From positions 1,240,001-1,304,000 of the forward strand of contig OZ037842.1 of the NCBI GenBank assembly GCA_964035575.1: DNA of 64,000 bases, given 5' to 3'. The number at the start of each line of letters is the position of its first letter. The first letter of the stretch is position 1. Shown piece by piece: positions 1 through 13,177 of this stretch. The notes under the pieces were generated by a model, which did not search any database, had not been told where the DNA came from, and saw only the letters and a list, made by a program, of their open reading frames with translations. Source of the DNA: Rhynchopus sp. YZ270_cl-10. Its lineage: Eukaryota. The position numbers were made by a program, and so were the translations under genes.

Positions 1-26
1 CGACGGCATCCCCATATCCCCCACAG

Positions 27-500
27 GTCCTACACCGCGGGTATCGCGATTTTGAATCTTTTGAAGCAAAACCCTCGCATCAAATCATGCGACCTTGAAA
101 ACACCAAAGTGCAAGACGGGATATTGAGGCAGATCAGCAGACAACTCGAGCAAAATAGGTATACCCCCTACCACCCCTTTGTTCAAAGGTGAACAAACAC
201 ATAAAAAACTTTAGCGGTGTCCATCTGTCTCAAAGTCCAGCGAAGTTTCTCTTCTTTGCTTTCAAAGCATATGACACTACGTTTAAAAACACTACGTTCA
301 AAAACACAACGTACAGGAGCAATAAAATGAAGGACTACTTCGGCAAGACACGCCCCTCTGAAGCCATTGTACTGGAGGGCGAACATAAGACCAAATCCGA
401 AGAAGAAATACTTGCTGCCGCAGAGGCCGACCAGGCTGAACACAAGGAGGAGGACCTCCCACCGCCACCCCCACCTGAGGAGGTTCCCGTCCAGCCCTGA
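27..500 (+). CDS. 3' end of an RNI-like leucine-rich-repeat protein; exons 27-158 and 317-500 (5' part outside window)
   Basis: Acceptor CCACAG ends at 26, donor GTATAC at 159, acceptor GTACAG ends at 316. The spliced frame reads SYTAGIAILNLLKQNPRIKSCDLENTKVQDGILRQISRQLEQNR-SNKMKDY...PVQP*, resembling a final RNI-type LRR plus cap and an acidic/Pro tail. Confidence 0.6.
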
Positions 501-859
501 TTCCAAACAACACAACCCTCTCAAAAACCATCAAATCAATAAAGAAAAACTTTATTTTAGCTCTTGCTTACGTAAGTGCCCCCCTAGAAAAAAAGCTCCT
601 GTCCCCAAACCCCAACTTGGTCTTTATGTTTTGATATAATCTGAGAGAACTGCGTAAACCTACAAAAAATTGTGTAGATCCTGATCAAACCCTGAGGATG
701 GAACGTTTTATATGGAAAAGCTGTGAAAAAATAAGGTGTGGAAAGGGAAAGGGAAGCCCCTCTAAAGAGAAAGGGAGGCAGTTTGCATGGGGGTTTCATG
801 CCTGTGCCCAGAATGAGGGTTTCTGGAAATTATCAAAACTTCGCCGTTCTTCTTTCCAG

Positions 860-888
860 GTGATCAAGCATGAGGCTTAGAGTCATCT
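860..888 (+). repeat. Hairpin family A copy (GTGATCAAGC-ATGAG-GCTTAGAGTCATCT), intergenic
   Basis: Matches the consensus RGTGACTAAGC-loop-GCTTAGNNTCATCT seen at 1517, 1713, 6101, 11946, 24919, 32036 and 40611; followed by TACAAAATTTT. Confidence 0.6.
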
Positions 889-1516
889 TACAAAATTTTC
901 TTTTAATAGCCCCACTGCCTGCATGCATACCGGCAAAAGGAAGGGTGTTGCGTGTGTGCGGATTCAAATAAGATTTGTTAAAGATTTAAGTCTGCGAGAC
1001 ATACTGAATATTATTCGTCTTTTCAATTTATTTATTTTTTTAAAAATCCTGGAAATCTTTTGACAAAAAAAGTTACCAAGGTTGATCTCTCAGGGGATCA
1101 ATTGTGAGGCCCCCCAAAAAAAACATATTTTTCAAAGTTATTTTTTTTTGGATGGTTTGTATCTTATTCGACTGCGATGAAAAAACCCCCTCTCCCCCTC
1201 CGGAAGTAAGGAAAAAAGGTTTAAAATAAGATGGTCGATAAAAATGATATTTTCTCTTTCTCCCTTCATTTTTTTTCTTCTGGTGTGTGCGCTCCTGCTG
1301 TGCGAGTATTCATGCATCTTTTTTTTTATTATTTTCACAAAAAATAAAGTAAAAATAAGAAAAGCAAACTGTACACAAAAACCATACTGATGGATTTGTT
1401 CATTCCACCACCCCCCCTTCACCCAATTTTTGCAAAAAAAAAAAACCCCCCCACACCCCCCTGTTAGTTTTGTGCGATACAAGATTGTGGTGTTTGTGTT
1501 TTTTTCTTCTTGTTTT

Positions 1517-1540
1517 GATGACCAAGCCTTGGGCTCATCC
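1517..1540 (+). repeat. Hairpin family A copy, short-loop variant (GATGACCAAGCCTTGGGCTCATCC)
   Basis: GATGA/TCATC lower stem, 2-nt 3' bulge, CCAA/TTGG upper stem, followed by AATAATTTTTT. Confidence 0.55.
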
Positions 1541-1712
1541 AATAATTTTTTGTTTTTAAAGTTTGAGATAAGAGGTATGCACGCATCAATCTGTCAACTT
1601 TTTTTTTCTCATTCTTTTTATCTATAGTGTATGTACTCTGCCCGGGGTACCTCAGTTGATTGTTGTTCTTTTCTTTTCTTTTCTTTTTTTTGGAAAAAAA
1701 ATGTGTTGGTAA

Positions 1713-1743
1713 GGTGGCTAAGTCACGAGACTTAGATTCATCT
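1713..1743 (+). repeat. Hairpin family A copy (GGTGG-CTAAGTC-ACGA-GACTTAG-AT-TCATCT)
   Basis: Perfect 7-bp upper stem, 2-nt bulge, TCATCT end. Confidence 0.6.
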
Positions 1744-2147
1744 TTTGTCTTTCTTTTTAATACATTTCTTTGCTTCGAAAGAGGGTTCCATTGGTCGTTC
1801 TGTTTTCTCCACAATAAAACACAATTCTCATATGAGAAGACTCGAATATGTTCCGAGAGGCACAATATCGATTGGCTTTCACGCCAATTTGCGAGGCTTA
1901 AAAATGGGTTGTATTTTATTTAGAATGGAAATTGAACATTTTTTTTTTAAAAGCCAACGGTAGATCTGTCACGCTTTTTTCTTTTGAATCCCCCTCATCC
2001 ATTATAACGTCACTCAAGGCAAAGAACCTAAATGGCTGTGGTCAACGAAATTTTTTTTTTTAACTTCGTTACCGATGGCGCGGAGTAGGACTCGCGGGGG
2101 TGGTAGGGGATAAAAAAAAAATCCCCATTCTCAATAAAAACAAAAGA

Positions 2148-2149
2148 AA

Positions 2150-2248
<99 letters not shown>
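2148..2248. repeat. (GGAAAAT)n heptamer microsatellite, ~14 copies
   Basis: Directly visible tandem repeat. Confidence 0.95.
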
Positions 2249-3771
2249 CCGATTGAATTGGAGTTGAGAGAAAATGAGAAAAAGGGAAGTTAAACAAACA
2301 AAAACAAACAAATAGTAAAGAATGCTTTTACAGGCAAATATAAAACTGAACGGAATCATTTTGGTATTTTTTTCCCACCCCCCCCTCTTTTTGTTACAGT
2401 CCGGCCGGTGTTTACGTCGTTTTTAATTATGTTGGTTTTGGGGTCCCACGGTGAGGCGCGAGGGAAGAGTAACTGCAAATCCGAGGGAATTAACACCGAC
2501 TTAATTACCGGCTGGACTGTACACACAAAACCAGGGTTGTTCCTTGTTCTCGGAAAAAACAGCAAAATTCTGGATTTATGTTCCCGTTTTTTTCCTTTTT
2601 TTGGGTGGGGTTTTTTGCCCTTTTTCGGGCTTTCCGAGCTCTACCCTCACTGTAGTGGGGTCATTTCGAGAAAATGGACAAGTTCTTGATTGATACAAAT
2701 TTTGGTTACGACCACTAGTGAGTTGCTCACAATGCTAAATGAGTGTCAGAACTGTGATTCTGGGCCCACTTTAACCGCCCCTCGAAATTCAAAAAGGGGT
2801 CCCAAACCCGGGCGCGCTACACTCGCGCGGAACTTTTTGCTTTGGTCTAGTTGCATTTTTGGCTGCAAAATGCAAGGGGATCCCCAAAGACGTTGGGAAT
2901 ATTATTTGGATGGGGCAGTGATTTTGTACCTGCATACACGCTCCCTCGCGGTAACCGCGTGCATGCCAATGAAGTTCTCTCTGGGGTTCGATAACCCGTG
3001 GAACCAGTGCTTCCGCCGATGAACGGTGAGGCGTTGCACTTCTCTTTTTGCGGAGCAAAAAATAATATAAATGGCGCCGCAGGCAAAAAAATTTGAGTAC
3101 AGTGTAAAAATCTAGCTTCCAACGAACCCTTTTTTGCAGAGCAAAAAATGAAAAATGGCGCCGCAGGCAAAAAAAAAATTGGGGGTACAGCCCTGGACAG
3201 TGAAGGATTTTGTTGTCAATTTTTTTTTCTTGCCCCCTGAAAACTCTTGCTTTTGAGAGTTTCGACCATTTCACCACACTGGTGGTGTGTCACCTACAGT
3301 GAAACCCACCAGAAACCACAAGAAAGCCCCCTAAGGAAAAAAAGGAAAAAAAAAAAGGAAAAAAAAACTAAAATCCAGAATTTCATGTTCTCGGTCCCAC
3401 TTAGGAACTTCCCTGCACAAAACTCTAAATATTTTTTATTTATTTTCAAAAAAAAAAAACCCCCACCAAACCCCCCCCCCTTTCTCTCCCCTATTTGTAT
3501 TTTCTTTCCACCCCACAAAAAAAAAATCAAAAAAAAAAACCAAAAAAAAATACACTAAAACCTCTACACAAAAAAAACGGTGTCTTCATTTTTGTTATCA
3601 ACTCATAACCCCCTCCTCCCTCTCTCCCTCCCACTCTACTTTCTTCTCCTAACAAAACCTTAACAGGAAGTGCATTTTTTTTTTATCACACCACCCCCTC
3701 CTTTGGGAGGGGGCTTTGAGAAGGGGATTCTGAATTTGCCTTAGGTTGGAAAGGAAAAAAAAAAGCACAAG

Positions 3772-6700
3772 ATGACTGAGGAGCGGGAGCAGCAGCACTT
3801 TGAGGAGGAGGAGGAGGATGACTACGTCGACGATGCTGAGGACGAAATCAACCAGGACGACATCTGGGAGGTCGTGTCGTCGTACTTCGAGGAAAAGGGT
3901 CTGTTGAGACAGCAGCTCGACAGCTTCAACCACTTTCTATGGAACACCACCCAGGAGATGATTGACGAACAGCCCACTATCATTTGCCGACAAAATCCTC
4001 AGTACATCCCTGGGCAAGACGAACCACTTCCCGAGCACCGTCACATGAAGCTCTCCCAGGTTCACGTCTGCAAACCAATCATCGAAGAAAACGATGGAAC
4101 GCACACCCAACAGCCATTCCCGAACGAATGCCGTCTGCGGAGTTTGACCTATGAGTCGAAGCTGCTTGTGGACATCAAGCTGACGATCTTTCAAGAGGAG
4201 GCTGCCGCCCAAGAGAACCCCCTCGTGTTGAAGGATGAAAAGGAGTTCCACCACGTCATGCTCGGGAAGATCCCGCTCATGCTCCGTTCAGCGTGCTGCC
4301 ATCTCTTCGGGCTTGGCGACACAGAATACCAACTCGCTGGAGAATGCCCCCACGACCAAGGTGGCTATTTCATCTGCAACGGAACAGAGAAGGTCCTCAT
4401 CGCGCAGGAAAGACAGGCACAAAACCACGTCTACGTCTTCTCGAAGAAGCAGCCGAACAAGCATCTCTACTCCTGCGAGATCAGGTCCTGCCTGGAAGGA
4501 TCGTACAGACCCGCATCAACATTCTGGGTTCGAATGCTTTCCGCGTTGTCCAGAAGCGGAGGTGGACACTGCCTTGAGGCAACCCTCCCCTACATCCGTG
4601 TCGACATTCCTGTTATTGTTGTGTTCCGTGCGCTTGGGTTTGTGTCCGACAGAGACATCATGGAGCACGTTGTATACAACTTCGACGACCAAGACATGCT
4701 TGAAGCGCTGCGGCCCTCGTTGGAGTGGTCCGCTATCGTGCAGACGACGACGCTTGCGCTGGACTTCATCGGACGTCGTTCCGGTAAGAAGGAGGGGGTC
4801 ACACAGGCCGAGCGTATCGAGTACGCAAAGAAGGTGCTTGTCGCGGAGCTGCTCCCCCACGTGGGTGTGGAGGACTACTGTGAGGTGAAGAAGGTCTACT
4901 TCATGGGCTACATGGTCCACAAGCTGCTCCAGGCCTACCTCGGTAGAAGAGCTGAGGACGACCGTGATTTCTTTGGAAACAAGCGTGCCGACTCGCCAGG
5001 AGTGCTGATGGGCGCTCTCTTCAGAATCGCGATCCGCAAGATCTCGAAGGAGCTCACAAGAAAGCTGCAGGCCTGCATGGACAACTGCAGGCAGTTCAAG
5101 CCTTGGAAGGAGATGCAGGAGTCTGCGGAAGGTCTGACCAAGAACATCAAGTACGCCATGGCCACAGGCAACTGGGGAGGGCGTGCAGGCGACCCCGGCA
5201 TCAAGACCGGTGTCTCGCAGGTGTTGAACAGACTGACGTACAACTCCGCACTGTCGCATTTACGTCGGCTTAACACCCCCATTGATCGTGGAGGAAAAGA
5301 GACCAGACCCCGTCTTCTTCACTCTACGCAGTGGGGATATGTGTGTCCTGCAGAGACACCTGAAGGGCACGCAATCGGGCTTGTCAAGAACTTCTCACTT
5401 CTGTGCCAGATCACGCAGGGTACAAACGCATCCGAGGTTATGTCCTTCCTCAGTCAGTGGAACACACAGAACCTGGAGTCGATCACACCCTCGGACGTCG
5501 CACAGTCGCAGACCACGAAGGTCTTCATCAACGGCAACTGGATCGGTATCCATATGGACCCTGAGCAGATGATTGTCGAGATGAAGCTGAAGAGAAGATC
5601 GCAGGACCTGTCGCAGGAGGTGTCCATCATTCGCGATTTGAAGGAGAGAGAGTTGCGCATCTGGACCGATCCTGGGCGGTTGACCCGCCCGCTGTTCGTT
5701 GTGGACAACTACAGAGACGTGGAGACCGTTGTGCGTAACAAGACACGCATTAGGAAGAGCCACATCGAGTCGCAGAGAGACCCAAACAACCCGTACGCAT
5801 CGCTGTCCTGGAGCACCTTGGTGAAGGACGAGTTGATCGATTTGATTGATACTGAGGAGGAGGACAGTATCATGATTGCCTTCAACCAGGACCGTCTGCG
5901 TGTTGCCGGAGATGACGGACATTCGAAGGTTGACCAGCGTGAGTACACAACGTTTACTCACTGCGAGATCCATCCTGCCATGATTTTCGGTATCTGTGCC
6001 TCGATCATTCCCTTCCCGGATCACAACCAGGCCCCTAGGAACACTTACCAGTCAGCTATGGGGAAACAGGTATGTTGTTTGGTTGTATTTATCGCCCCTT
6101 GTGACTGAGCGTAAGGGGTTTGGCTTCATCTTACAAATAATATTTTTACCTCTTTTAGTGACATCTGCATCCGTTGAGGTGTCTGCATTGCATTCGCTTT
6201 CGATGCCTTTTTTATTTTATTTTGACAACTTTTACAATTTTCGCTTTATTTTCAACACACCTCCGCTCCTTGCAGGCCATGGGTGTTTACGTCAGCAACT
6301 TCCTGGCACGGTTCGACACAACCGCGCACGTCCTGTACTACCCGCACAAGCCTCTTGGTATGCCTCCTTCCTTTCACCTCTGTTTTGCTTCCCACCACTG
6401 CCCCTACATTCACCTTCCTTCTCACAGCCGGAACAAAGTCGATGCGTTACATGCACTCGAACGATTTGCCTGCAGGGCATAACGCCATTGTCGCGATTTC
6501 GTGCTACTCTGGATACAACCAGGAGGACTCCGTCATTCTGAACACCTCTGCGATTGACAGGGGGTTCTTTAGGTCGTGCTTCTACCGTTCGTACAAGGAA
6601 GAGGAGAAGTGCAAGGTGAGGACCGGTGGTAGCGAGGAGTTCACGAAGCCGGACCCGTCGATGACGAAGGGTATCCGCCGTGCCTCGTATGAGAAGCTGG

Positions 6701-7820
6701 ATGACGACGGGCTTGCGATTCCAGGGTCGCGTGTCAGCGGTGGTGACATTATCATTGGGAAGGTCTCCCCGCTGCCGCAGACGGCGTCGACACAGGCGAT
6801 TGAGGCGAAGTTCCAGTACAAGGATGCGTCTGCAAAGCTGCGTATCTCCGAAGGTGGGGTCATCGACGGTGTCATGCTCACGACAAACCCAACCTCAGGC
6901 TCGCGCTTTGCGAAGGTCAAGGTCCGCTCCATCCGTATCCCCCAGGTCGGAGATAAGTTCTGCTCGCGCCACGGACAGAAGGGAACCCTGGGTATCACCT
7001 TCCGCCAAGAGGACATGCCCTTCACCCAAGAGGGCATCGTGCCCGACATCATCATGAACCCTCACGCCATCCCGTCGCGTATGACAATCGGGCATTTGTT
7101 CGAAACACTTCTCGGAAAGGTCGCATGCTGTCAGGGTGTGGAGGGAGACGCAACACCCTTCGTCGACGGTTTCAACGTGAACGAGATGAGCAAGAAGCTG
7201 CACGCCCTGGGGTACCAGCTGCGAGGCAACGAGGTCATGCACTGCGGGCACACGGGGATGCCGCTTGAGTCGAAGATCTTCCTGGGGCCAACGTACTACC
7301 AGCGTTTGAAGCATATGGTTGAAGACAAGATCCACTCTCGCGCGAGAGGGCCACTTCAGGGCCTTGCCAAGCAACCCACCGAAGGCAGAGCTGCTGATGG
7401 TGGACTGCGTTTCGGAGAGATGGAGAGAGATTGCATGATCTCGCACGGAGCCTCCTCCTGGATGAAGGAACGTCTCTTCCACGTGTCCGACCACTACAGA
7501 GTGCATGTGTGTGACAGATGCGGTCTCTTCGCCATTGCCGACTTGAAGACAAAGCAGGGTGCTCGTTCGCACTCCTTCAACTGCACTTACTGCCGTTCTT
7601 CTTCAAAGATCTCACAGGTCTTGATCCCGTACTGTTGCAAACTTCTGTTCCAGGTATGTCATTCTTATCTTTCAAAAAGTGCTGGTCAACCCAGAGAGGG
7701 GCTTGACTGGTTTGTTTTTTGTTTTGTGCGAAAACCAAATATAATAATATCACCTCACTCCAACTACAGGAACTGATGGCCATGGCGATTGTTCCCCGTT
7801 TGCGCACCCATCCGGTCTAG
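3772..7820 (+). CDS. RPB2: RNA polymerase II second-largest subunit; exons 3772-6069, 6276-6357, 6428-7653, 7770-7820
   Basis: Conserved motifs [74 protein letters not shown] and a C-terminal CDRC...CTYC zinc site. Three GTATG..AG introns restore a continuous frame ending [16 protein letters not shown]. Confidence 0.97.
6101..6131 (+). repeat. Hairpin family A copy inside RPB2 intron 1
   Basis: GTGA-CTGAGC-GTAAGGG-GTTTGG-CT-TCATCT then TACAAATAATATTTTT; the upper stem is held by G.U pairs. Confidence 0.55.
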
Positions 7821-8980
7821 GGTAAGGGAAGGATAACAAAAAAAAAAGAGGGAAAAACAAAGGAAAAAAGAAGGAAAAAAGGTGGGGGAAAGCAGAATAA
7901 AAAACAGAATTTGGGACACGGGGTTCATTTATGTTTTTCAAAAAAATTATTTTATTTTTCGGATTCAAAAAAACGCACGAATGTCAAAAAAAAATTGGGG
8001 GGCGGGTTTTGAAAAGGAGATAAGAAAAAGGAAATCATTTTTTTTTTTTTGTTGTTGTTTCAGAAGGGGAAGAGATAGAGCGGCCGTGACAGGCGTTCAT
8101 ATTTTTTTTTTGTTCGTTTCCCTTTGGAACAATTGAGGAAGAAAGGGTGAGGGGGTCAACAGCCCGGCTTACTTCGCTTCGTCCTCGATACCCACTCTCC
8201 CCCCAAACACATGAAGGCAATCAGGCCTTCAAGAAGTTGTAATAAAAATGCCAGCAGGTTTGCCCTGTTTATTTTTTTTTTTTTTTGTGAAAAAAAAAAT
8301 ATTTTGCGTTCCTCTCGAGGCTCGCAAAAGCTATTTTTTTTCTCAATATTTTATTTTGTTAGATGTTATGTGCAGGAGAGGCACCTTCATTTTTTACAAA
8401 TTTTGTTATATTACCCCCCCCCTCCAACCCCCCAAAGTCACGAACGCCGAACAAGGGGTTGTATTGTTGTTTTTTTTTTCATTTTTTTTTTTTTTCATTT
8501 TTTCTCTTCTCTTCTCATTTGTCACATAAATTGTGTGACAATGCCAAAGGGGAGTTTTTTTGGGGGTTTTGACAAAACAAACAAAGTGCAAAGTTTTTCC
8601 TTCTCTTTTCCAGCTTTATTTTTTACTTTATTTTTTTTGGAAAACTGAAGGTTTTTTTTTAAACCATGTACGATGCCAGCGGATTAGGTTGGGGTTTGGT
8701 GGGACAAAAAAAAAGCGGGGGGTATTGTCAAAGAAAAAAAAAGAGACGGACCACATCTTTTTAAAATCCCTTTATTATTTCCACCCCAGCGCCCCAGGGA
8801 TTACGCAGCTCCCCCAAAAATTAAAAAAGTACGTATGGATTTTCAACACGTACAATTCTAAGCAAAAACAATTAAAAACCGCGCGCGCTTCGCGCGCGCT
8901 CTCCCTGGCAAAGTTGGTTGAGAAGGGTTGTGAAAGTTCGAAGAACTGGAGAAATCATCAGTCATGGCATCCAAATGTTC

Positions 8981-9132
8981 CTGGCGAAGCCACGGTACGC
9001 AACATTTTTAAAAAATCTTGACATAAAATGGCACTTTCGTTGGTAACTATGGTCCAGTTCCGTAAACTTTACTTCCATATTTTGCTAAAACGAAAGTTTC
9101 TGGCGAAGCCACGGTACGCAACATTTCTAAAA
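8981..9132. repeat. Direct repeat CTGGCGAAGCCACGGTACGCAACATTT (copies at 8981 and 9100)
   Basis: 27-nt identical copies 119 bp apart. Confidence 0.85.
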
Positions 9133-9283
9133 ATTGCGCTTAAAATTGCCTATTATGTCATGGGAAGGGTGTATTGCAATCTAGCGCCGCAGGCGCACGG
9201 TACGCTACTTTTTTCTTTCGCCATGCTGCATGCTCCTTTTCCGGTAAAATAGAAAATTGTCTCCTACAAATAGAATTCTGTAG

Positions 9284-9329
9284 GGGGTAGGTGAGAGGTG
9301 GGGGCGGAGCCCCACTCCTCACCTACCCC
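9284..9329. repeat. GC-rich near-perfect palindrome/hairpin
   Basis: GGGGTAGGTGAG...GTGGGGGC-GGA-GCCCCAC...CTCACCTACCCC. Confidence 0.85.
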
Positions 9330-9969
9330 ACCCCAGCCCCAATCCAAAACCCAAATTACCTACGTATGGACACGTATGGATTCCACCTTTTCAAAAACAA
9401 TTCACGCATGGATTTCCATACGTTCCACACGTGGAGCGTAATCCCTGCAGCGCCCCTCTCTCTCCTAGGTAAAATCTCATTTTTTATATCAGATGTCGGA
9501 CTGCATGGTTGGGGTCCCACGGTGCACCGGTCATGCACCGGGTACACTGTTTATGAGAGGGGTTTTAGCCACCTTTTCCGTTTCCCCTATTTTTCTTCCC
9601 AGAGAGACCTCTGTATATTTCAGGTCAAACTTTATTATCAGATGAGTGGAAGCGGGAGTAGCACATATCAGATGAAAACCACCGAAATGGATGTAGGGAC
9701 TGCATTGGGTACAGTTGGGTGTCCACCCCCCCCGGTACAGCCGGTCATACCAAAGGTACGCTGTTCACGAGAGGGCTTTGTATTGCAAAGTCAACTTTTT
9801 TTTTTAGCTTCAAAAGGGTTTCCTCTTCACGGGCCAGGTAGTCAGTGGGGAGCGTATTGCAGTAATAAAAATATCACCTCCCTCTCCTATCAACCCATCT
9901 AAGCTATTCCACCTCACAGAGAAGACCACCCTTTCCTCTCTCTATTTCTTTCTTTCTTCTTCTCCAAGC

Positions 9970-10668
9970 ATGCATCGACCTCAGGTATCAACCCCAAAGA
10001 GAAACGTTGAGCAGAAGATTTCGTATCTCGAGGATGCGAACGAAGATCTCCGGGGGCAGCTTCAATCTCTTCTGTTTATGTGCGCTGAGACGGCAGGGGG
10101 TGGCAGCAGCAGCAGCAGCCCACAGCAGCACCGTCATAGGATCAACACCCCCGCTGCACAACCTACTGGTATCATCACCCCGGCGGACCCTGCATCGAAT
10201 AACTCAGTCGAGAATATGTATTCGCAGCTACATTCCGCATACGGCAGGGCCACACCGCGTACAGCGTTTGACACTCTAGAGGATCTGGAATCTGCAGGGC
10301 GAGAGAGCATAGTGGACAGTATGATTCATTGTGTAGGTTCGACCGTCTCTCTAGCAGCATTTCATGTACTGCAGTTAAAAGCATTAGGCGAAAAGTGTGC
10401 GCATCAGACCAAGGTGGTAGATGATCTAGTATTGAAAGAAGGCAAAGGAGAGAAGGAAGGAGGGAGGCGGGAGAAAGGGAAGGAGAAGAAGTCGAGGCGG
10501 AAGGCAGTGCCCCCACCTCCGGCAAGCTCGCCTGAGGCAGAGGAGAGACAATGGCTCAAGGCAAAGCTAGAAGAGGTGGAACGCTGTGAAAGAGACGGGA
10601 TGTGGCGAAATGCAATGCTCAAACGAGAGCTAGAACAGCATCTTGGGCGCCCTTTGCATGCGCAATGA
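9970..10668 (+). CDS. Hypothetical coiled-coil protein (232 aa), intronless
   Basis: ATG follows a pyrimidine-rich tract ending AG; GC content is coding-like; heptad-like segments at both ends. No family recognised. Confidence 0.55.
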   Translation: MHRPQVSTPKRNVEQKISYLEDANEDLRGQLQSLLFMCAETAGGGSSSSSPQQHRHRINTPAAQPTGIITPADPASNNSVENMYSQLHSAYGRATPRTAFDTLEDLESAGRESIVDSMIHCVGSTVSLAAFHVLQLKALGEKCAHQTKVVDDLVLKEGKGEKEGGRREKGKEKKSRRKAVPPPPASSPEAEERQWLKAKLEEVERCERDGMWRNAMLKRELEQHLGRPLHAQ

Positions 10669-10981
10669 AAAAATGGAAAAAAAGGAGGGGTCTACCACAT
10701 TATACCTGATTTTGCGCTAAGAAATCGGGTCAAAAATTAGGTGGTCGTTCTATGCTGTTATAATTATGTATTTATTTGTCCTTTTTGAAAGCTGTGTGCA
10801 AAAATATCTAGAATTGAATGTTTTCTGTAAATGAGCAGTCCCCCCTTGTTTTGTCATTTTTAGGTTCATTTTTTACCCTCAAAAAAATACCCCCCAGGAG
10901 ACTGAGCGAGAGTTCTCATACCTTTTGTTATTCACTTCATAAGCCGACAGATACTACACAAAAAAAAGCAACAACAAAGAA

Positions 10982-12099
10982 ATGTCGGGGACAGCGCCAC
11001 CGGTGTGCCAGCGGCAAGCATTTAATTTCGAAAACACCAGTCGTAACGAGATGCTGATAGAGCAGGGGATGAAGCAGCAGTTCACAAGCACTGGTACCAC
11101 TATTGTGGGTACAACGTTTGATGGCGGTGTTGTGTTTGGCGCTGACACGAGGGCGAGCGCTGGGAACTTGGTGGCGGAGAAGCAGTGCATGAAGGTGCAC
11201 CATTTGGCGCCTAACATTTATGCTTGCGGTGCAGGCACGGCGGCGGACTGCGACCACGTGACAAGGATGGCTGAGGCCTCCCTCGCACTGGAGAGGTACG
11301 AGACCGGTAAGGAGACACGCATGATGCATGCGGAGACACTGCTCTCGAACCATCTGGCACGCTACCAGGGATACGTTGGCGCGCACCTTATCCTCGGAGG
11401 AATCGACTGCAAGGGCACACACATGTGCGCAATCAGTGCCTCCGGGTACGTCAAGCACCACGACTACCTGTGCATGGGCTCCGGTTCCCTCGCCGCAGAG
11501 AGTGTCCTTGACACCGAATATCACGCAAAAATGACAGAACAGCAGGCCAAAGACGTGGTCGTCAAGGCCGTCAGGGCAGGAATCCTCAACGACCTGGGCT
11601 CCGGAGGTACGATCAACCTTTGCGTGATCAAGGTATGTGTAGGGCAGTATGTGGTTTTGTGCTTTCATCCGGATGGCTGGCATCGTGGGTCAGTCGGAGG
11701 TGTCTGCATATCAACTACAGTTTTTTGTGGTTTTGTGTACTTCATATTTTTTTTTTAAAACAGAGAGTCAACGGAGTGGCAAAAGCTGAGGAGCTCACAA
11801 CGTACGACAACTGCAACGCCGAACGCCCCTACACAAAGAAGTTCCCGAACACCTTCCCCAGAGGGACAACCAGTATGGCCTTTTTTTAAAAAAATACAAA
11901 ACACCGATTCAATAGACGGTTTTTTCTTTGATTTTTTTGCCGATTGTGATCAAGGTGACGAAGGCTTAGGTTCTTCTAATTAACTTTTTGTTTTGTTTTG
12001 TTTCGAGCAACACTCCTTACATTTTCCCACACAGCAATTCTTCGGGAACAGACCGAACAGCTCTTCACAGTATCGGAAGGAATGGTCCTGGACGCATGA
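10982..12099 (+). CDS. PSMB7: 20S proteasome subunit beta-2 (PSMB7/Pup1 type); exons 10982-11632, 11764-11872, 12035-12099
   Basis: Propeptide followed by G|TTIVG (Thr1), ADTRA, GAGTAAD, YQGYVGAHLILGG, MGSGSLAA, AGILNDLGSG, and a beta2-type C-terminal extension FPRGTT; two GTATG..AG introns. Confidence 0.93.
11658..11708 (+). repeat. Hairpin family B copy inside PSMB7 intron 1
   Basis: TGTGCTTTCATCCGGATGGCTGGCATCG...GTCGGAGGTGTCTGCA; the first 28 nt are identical to 33939 and the whole is similar to 60883. Confidence 0.7.
11946..11977 (+). repeat. Degenerate hairpin family A copy inside PSMB7 intron 2
   Basis: GTGATCAAGGTGACGAAGGCTTAGGTTCTTCT followed by AATTAACTTTTT. Confidence 0.5.
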
Positions 12100-13177
12100 A
12101 ATTCTTCCCCATTTTCTGTGTTTTAAAGCCCACTTCCCCTTCCCACTTCCGTTTACAAAAAAAAAACAACAATAACAACAACAAATTACCATCACCCCCC
12201 CAACCCTGGTAATTTGTGGTATTGTATTGCCCTTACCTAAACTCTAACCTCGTCGGAAATTTTGTGGGGCAATGGAAAAAAGGGGGGGGAGACGCCAAAC
12301 CTACACGGTATAAAAAAATAGTGAAAAGACTCAATCTGAATGGTAGCCTGTACTAAACCCAACTCACGTTTTGTGCGCTGGTGGTGCTATATTCCCCCTT
12401 TTTTAAAAAAGATGTAAATAGGTCTGTGGGGTCTATTTATCTTTTCAAAAAAAGGGAAAAAAAATGTTTCCTCCCTCCACCTCGCTCAGGTATTGTAGCG
12501 TCTAACCCGCTTCTTTCAAAAAAAATTTTTTTTTAAAACTACCTAAGTGGAGTGGGATGAGGGGGAGGGAGGGGGGGACAAAAAATATGGTAGAGCTGTG
12601 GTATAGTATAGTGGAGTTCGTCCTTGGGTGGCTATACAAATACAGCAAAGTTTTCAAAAAAAAAAAGAAAAAAAAATCTAACAAGAAGTGGAGATTTTGC
12701 ACAATGAAAGACAAAGACAAAAAAAGGCTTCGGCCAACATTGGGTACAGATCCTACCCCCAGATGGGTACTGATGATTGCCGATTGCAACAAAAATTTTC
12801 AAAAAAAAACACAAAAAGCCAAGCGTGCTACACTATTTTTTAACAATGCTTCAAACACAGCACATAAAAGTGGTATGGGGTTGGGGGGGGCAGCTTTGTA
12901 CAAGGAGCAATTTAAATTTCGGATTTCCATAGCTAAGCAGCGAGGCTTTTTGCCTTTTTTTTTATTTTACTTTTTTTTTCAAATCCACTCGCAGTGCCCG
13001 AACGTAAAAAAGAAGGCCTAGGCGTCTTCTTCGTACAACTAACTTTTTTTATTTAAATTTTGGGGAGTTTTTTTAAAACGGACCTTTTCCATTTTAAAAA
13101 ATCCCATTAACAGGGTGGGTACGGGGTCGGGGGGAGGGGAGAACAGGGACGGAAGAGGTGTTTTAGATGAAGGGTTT

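Noticed and set aside
2028..2359. Minus-strand FPFSIFH-repeat ORFs
   Set aside because: Translation of the GGAAAAT microsatellite.
11658..11708. SECIS element for family B (opposed GA motifs)
   Set aside because: No RUGA quartet, no apical AA, wrong stem length, intronic location, and no in-frame UGA gene evident.
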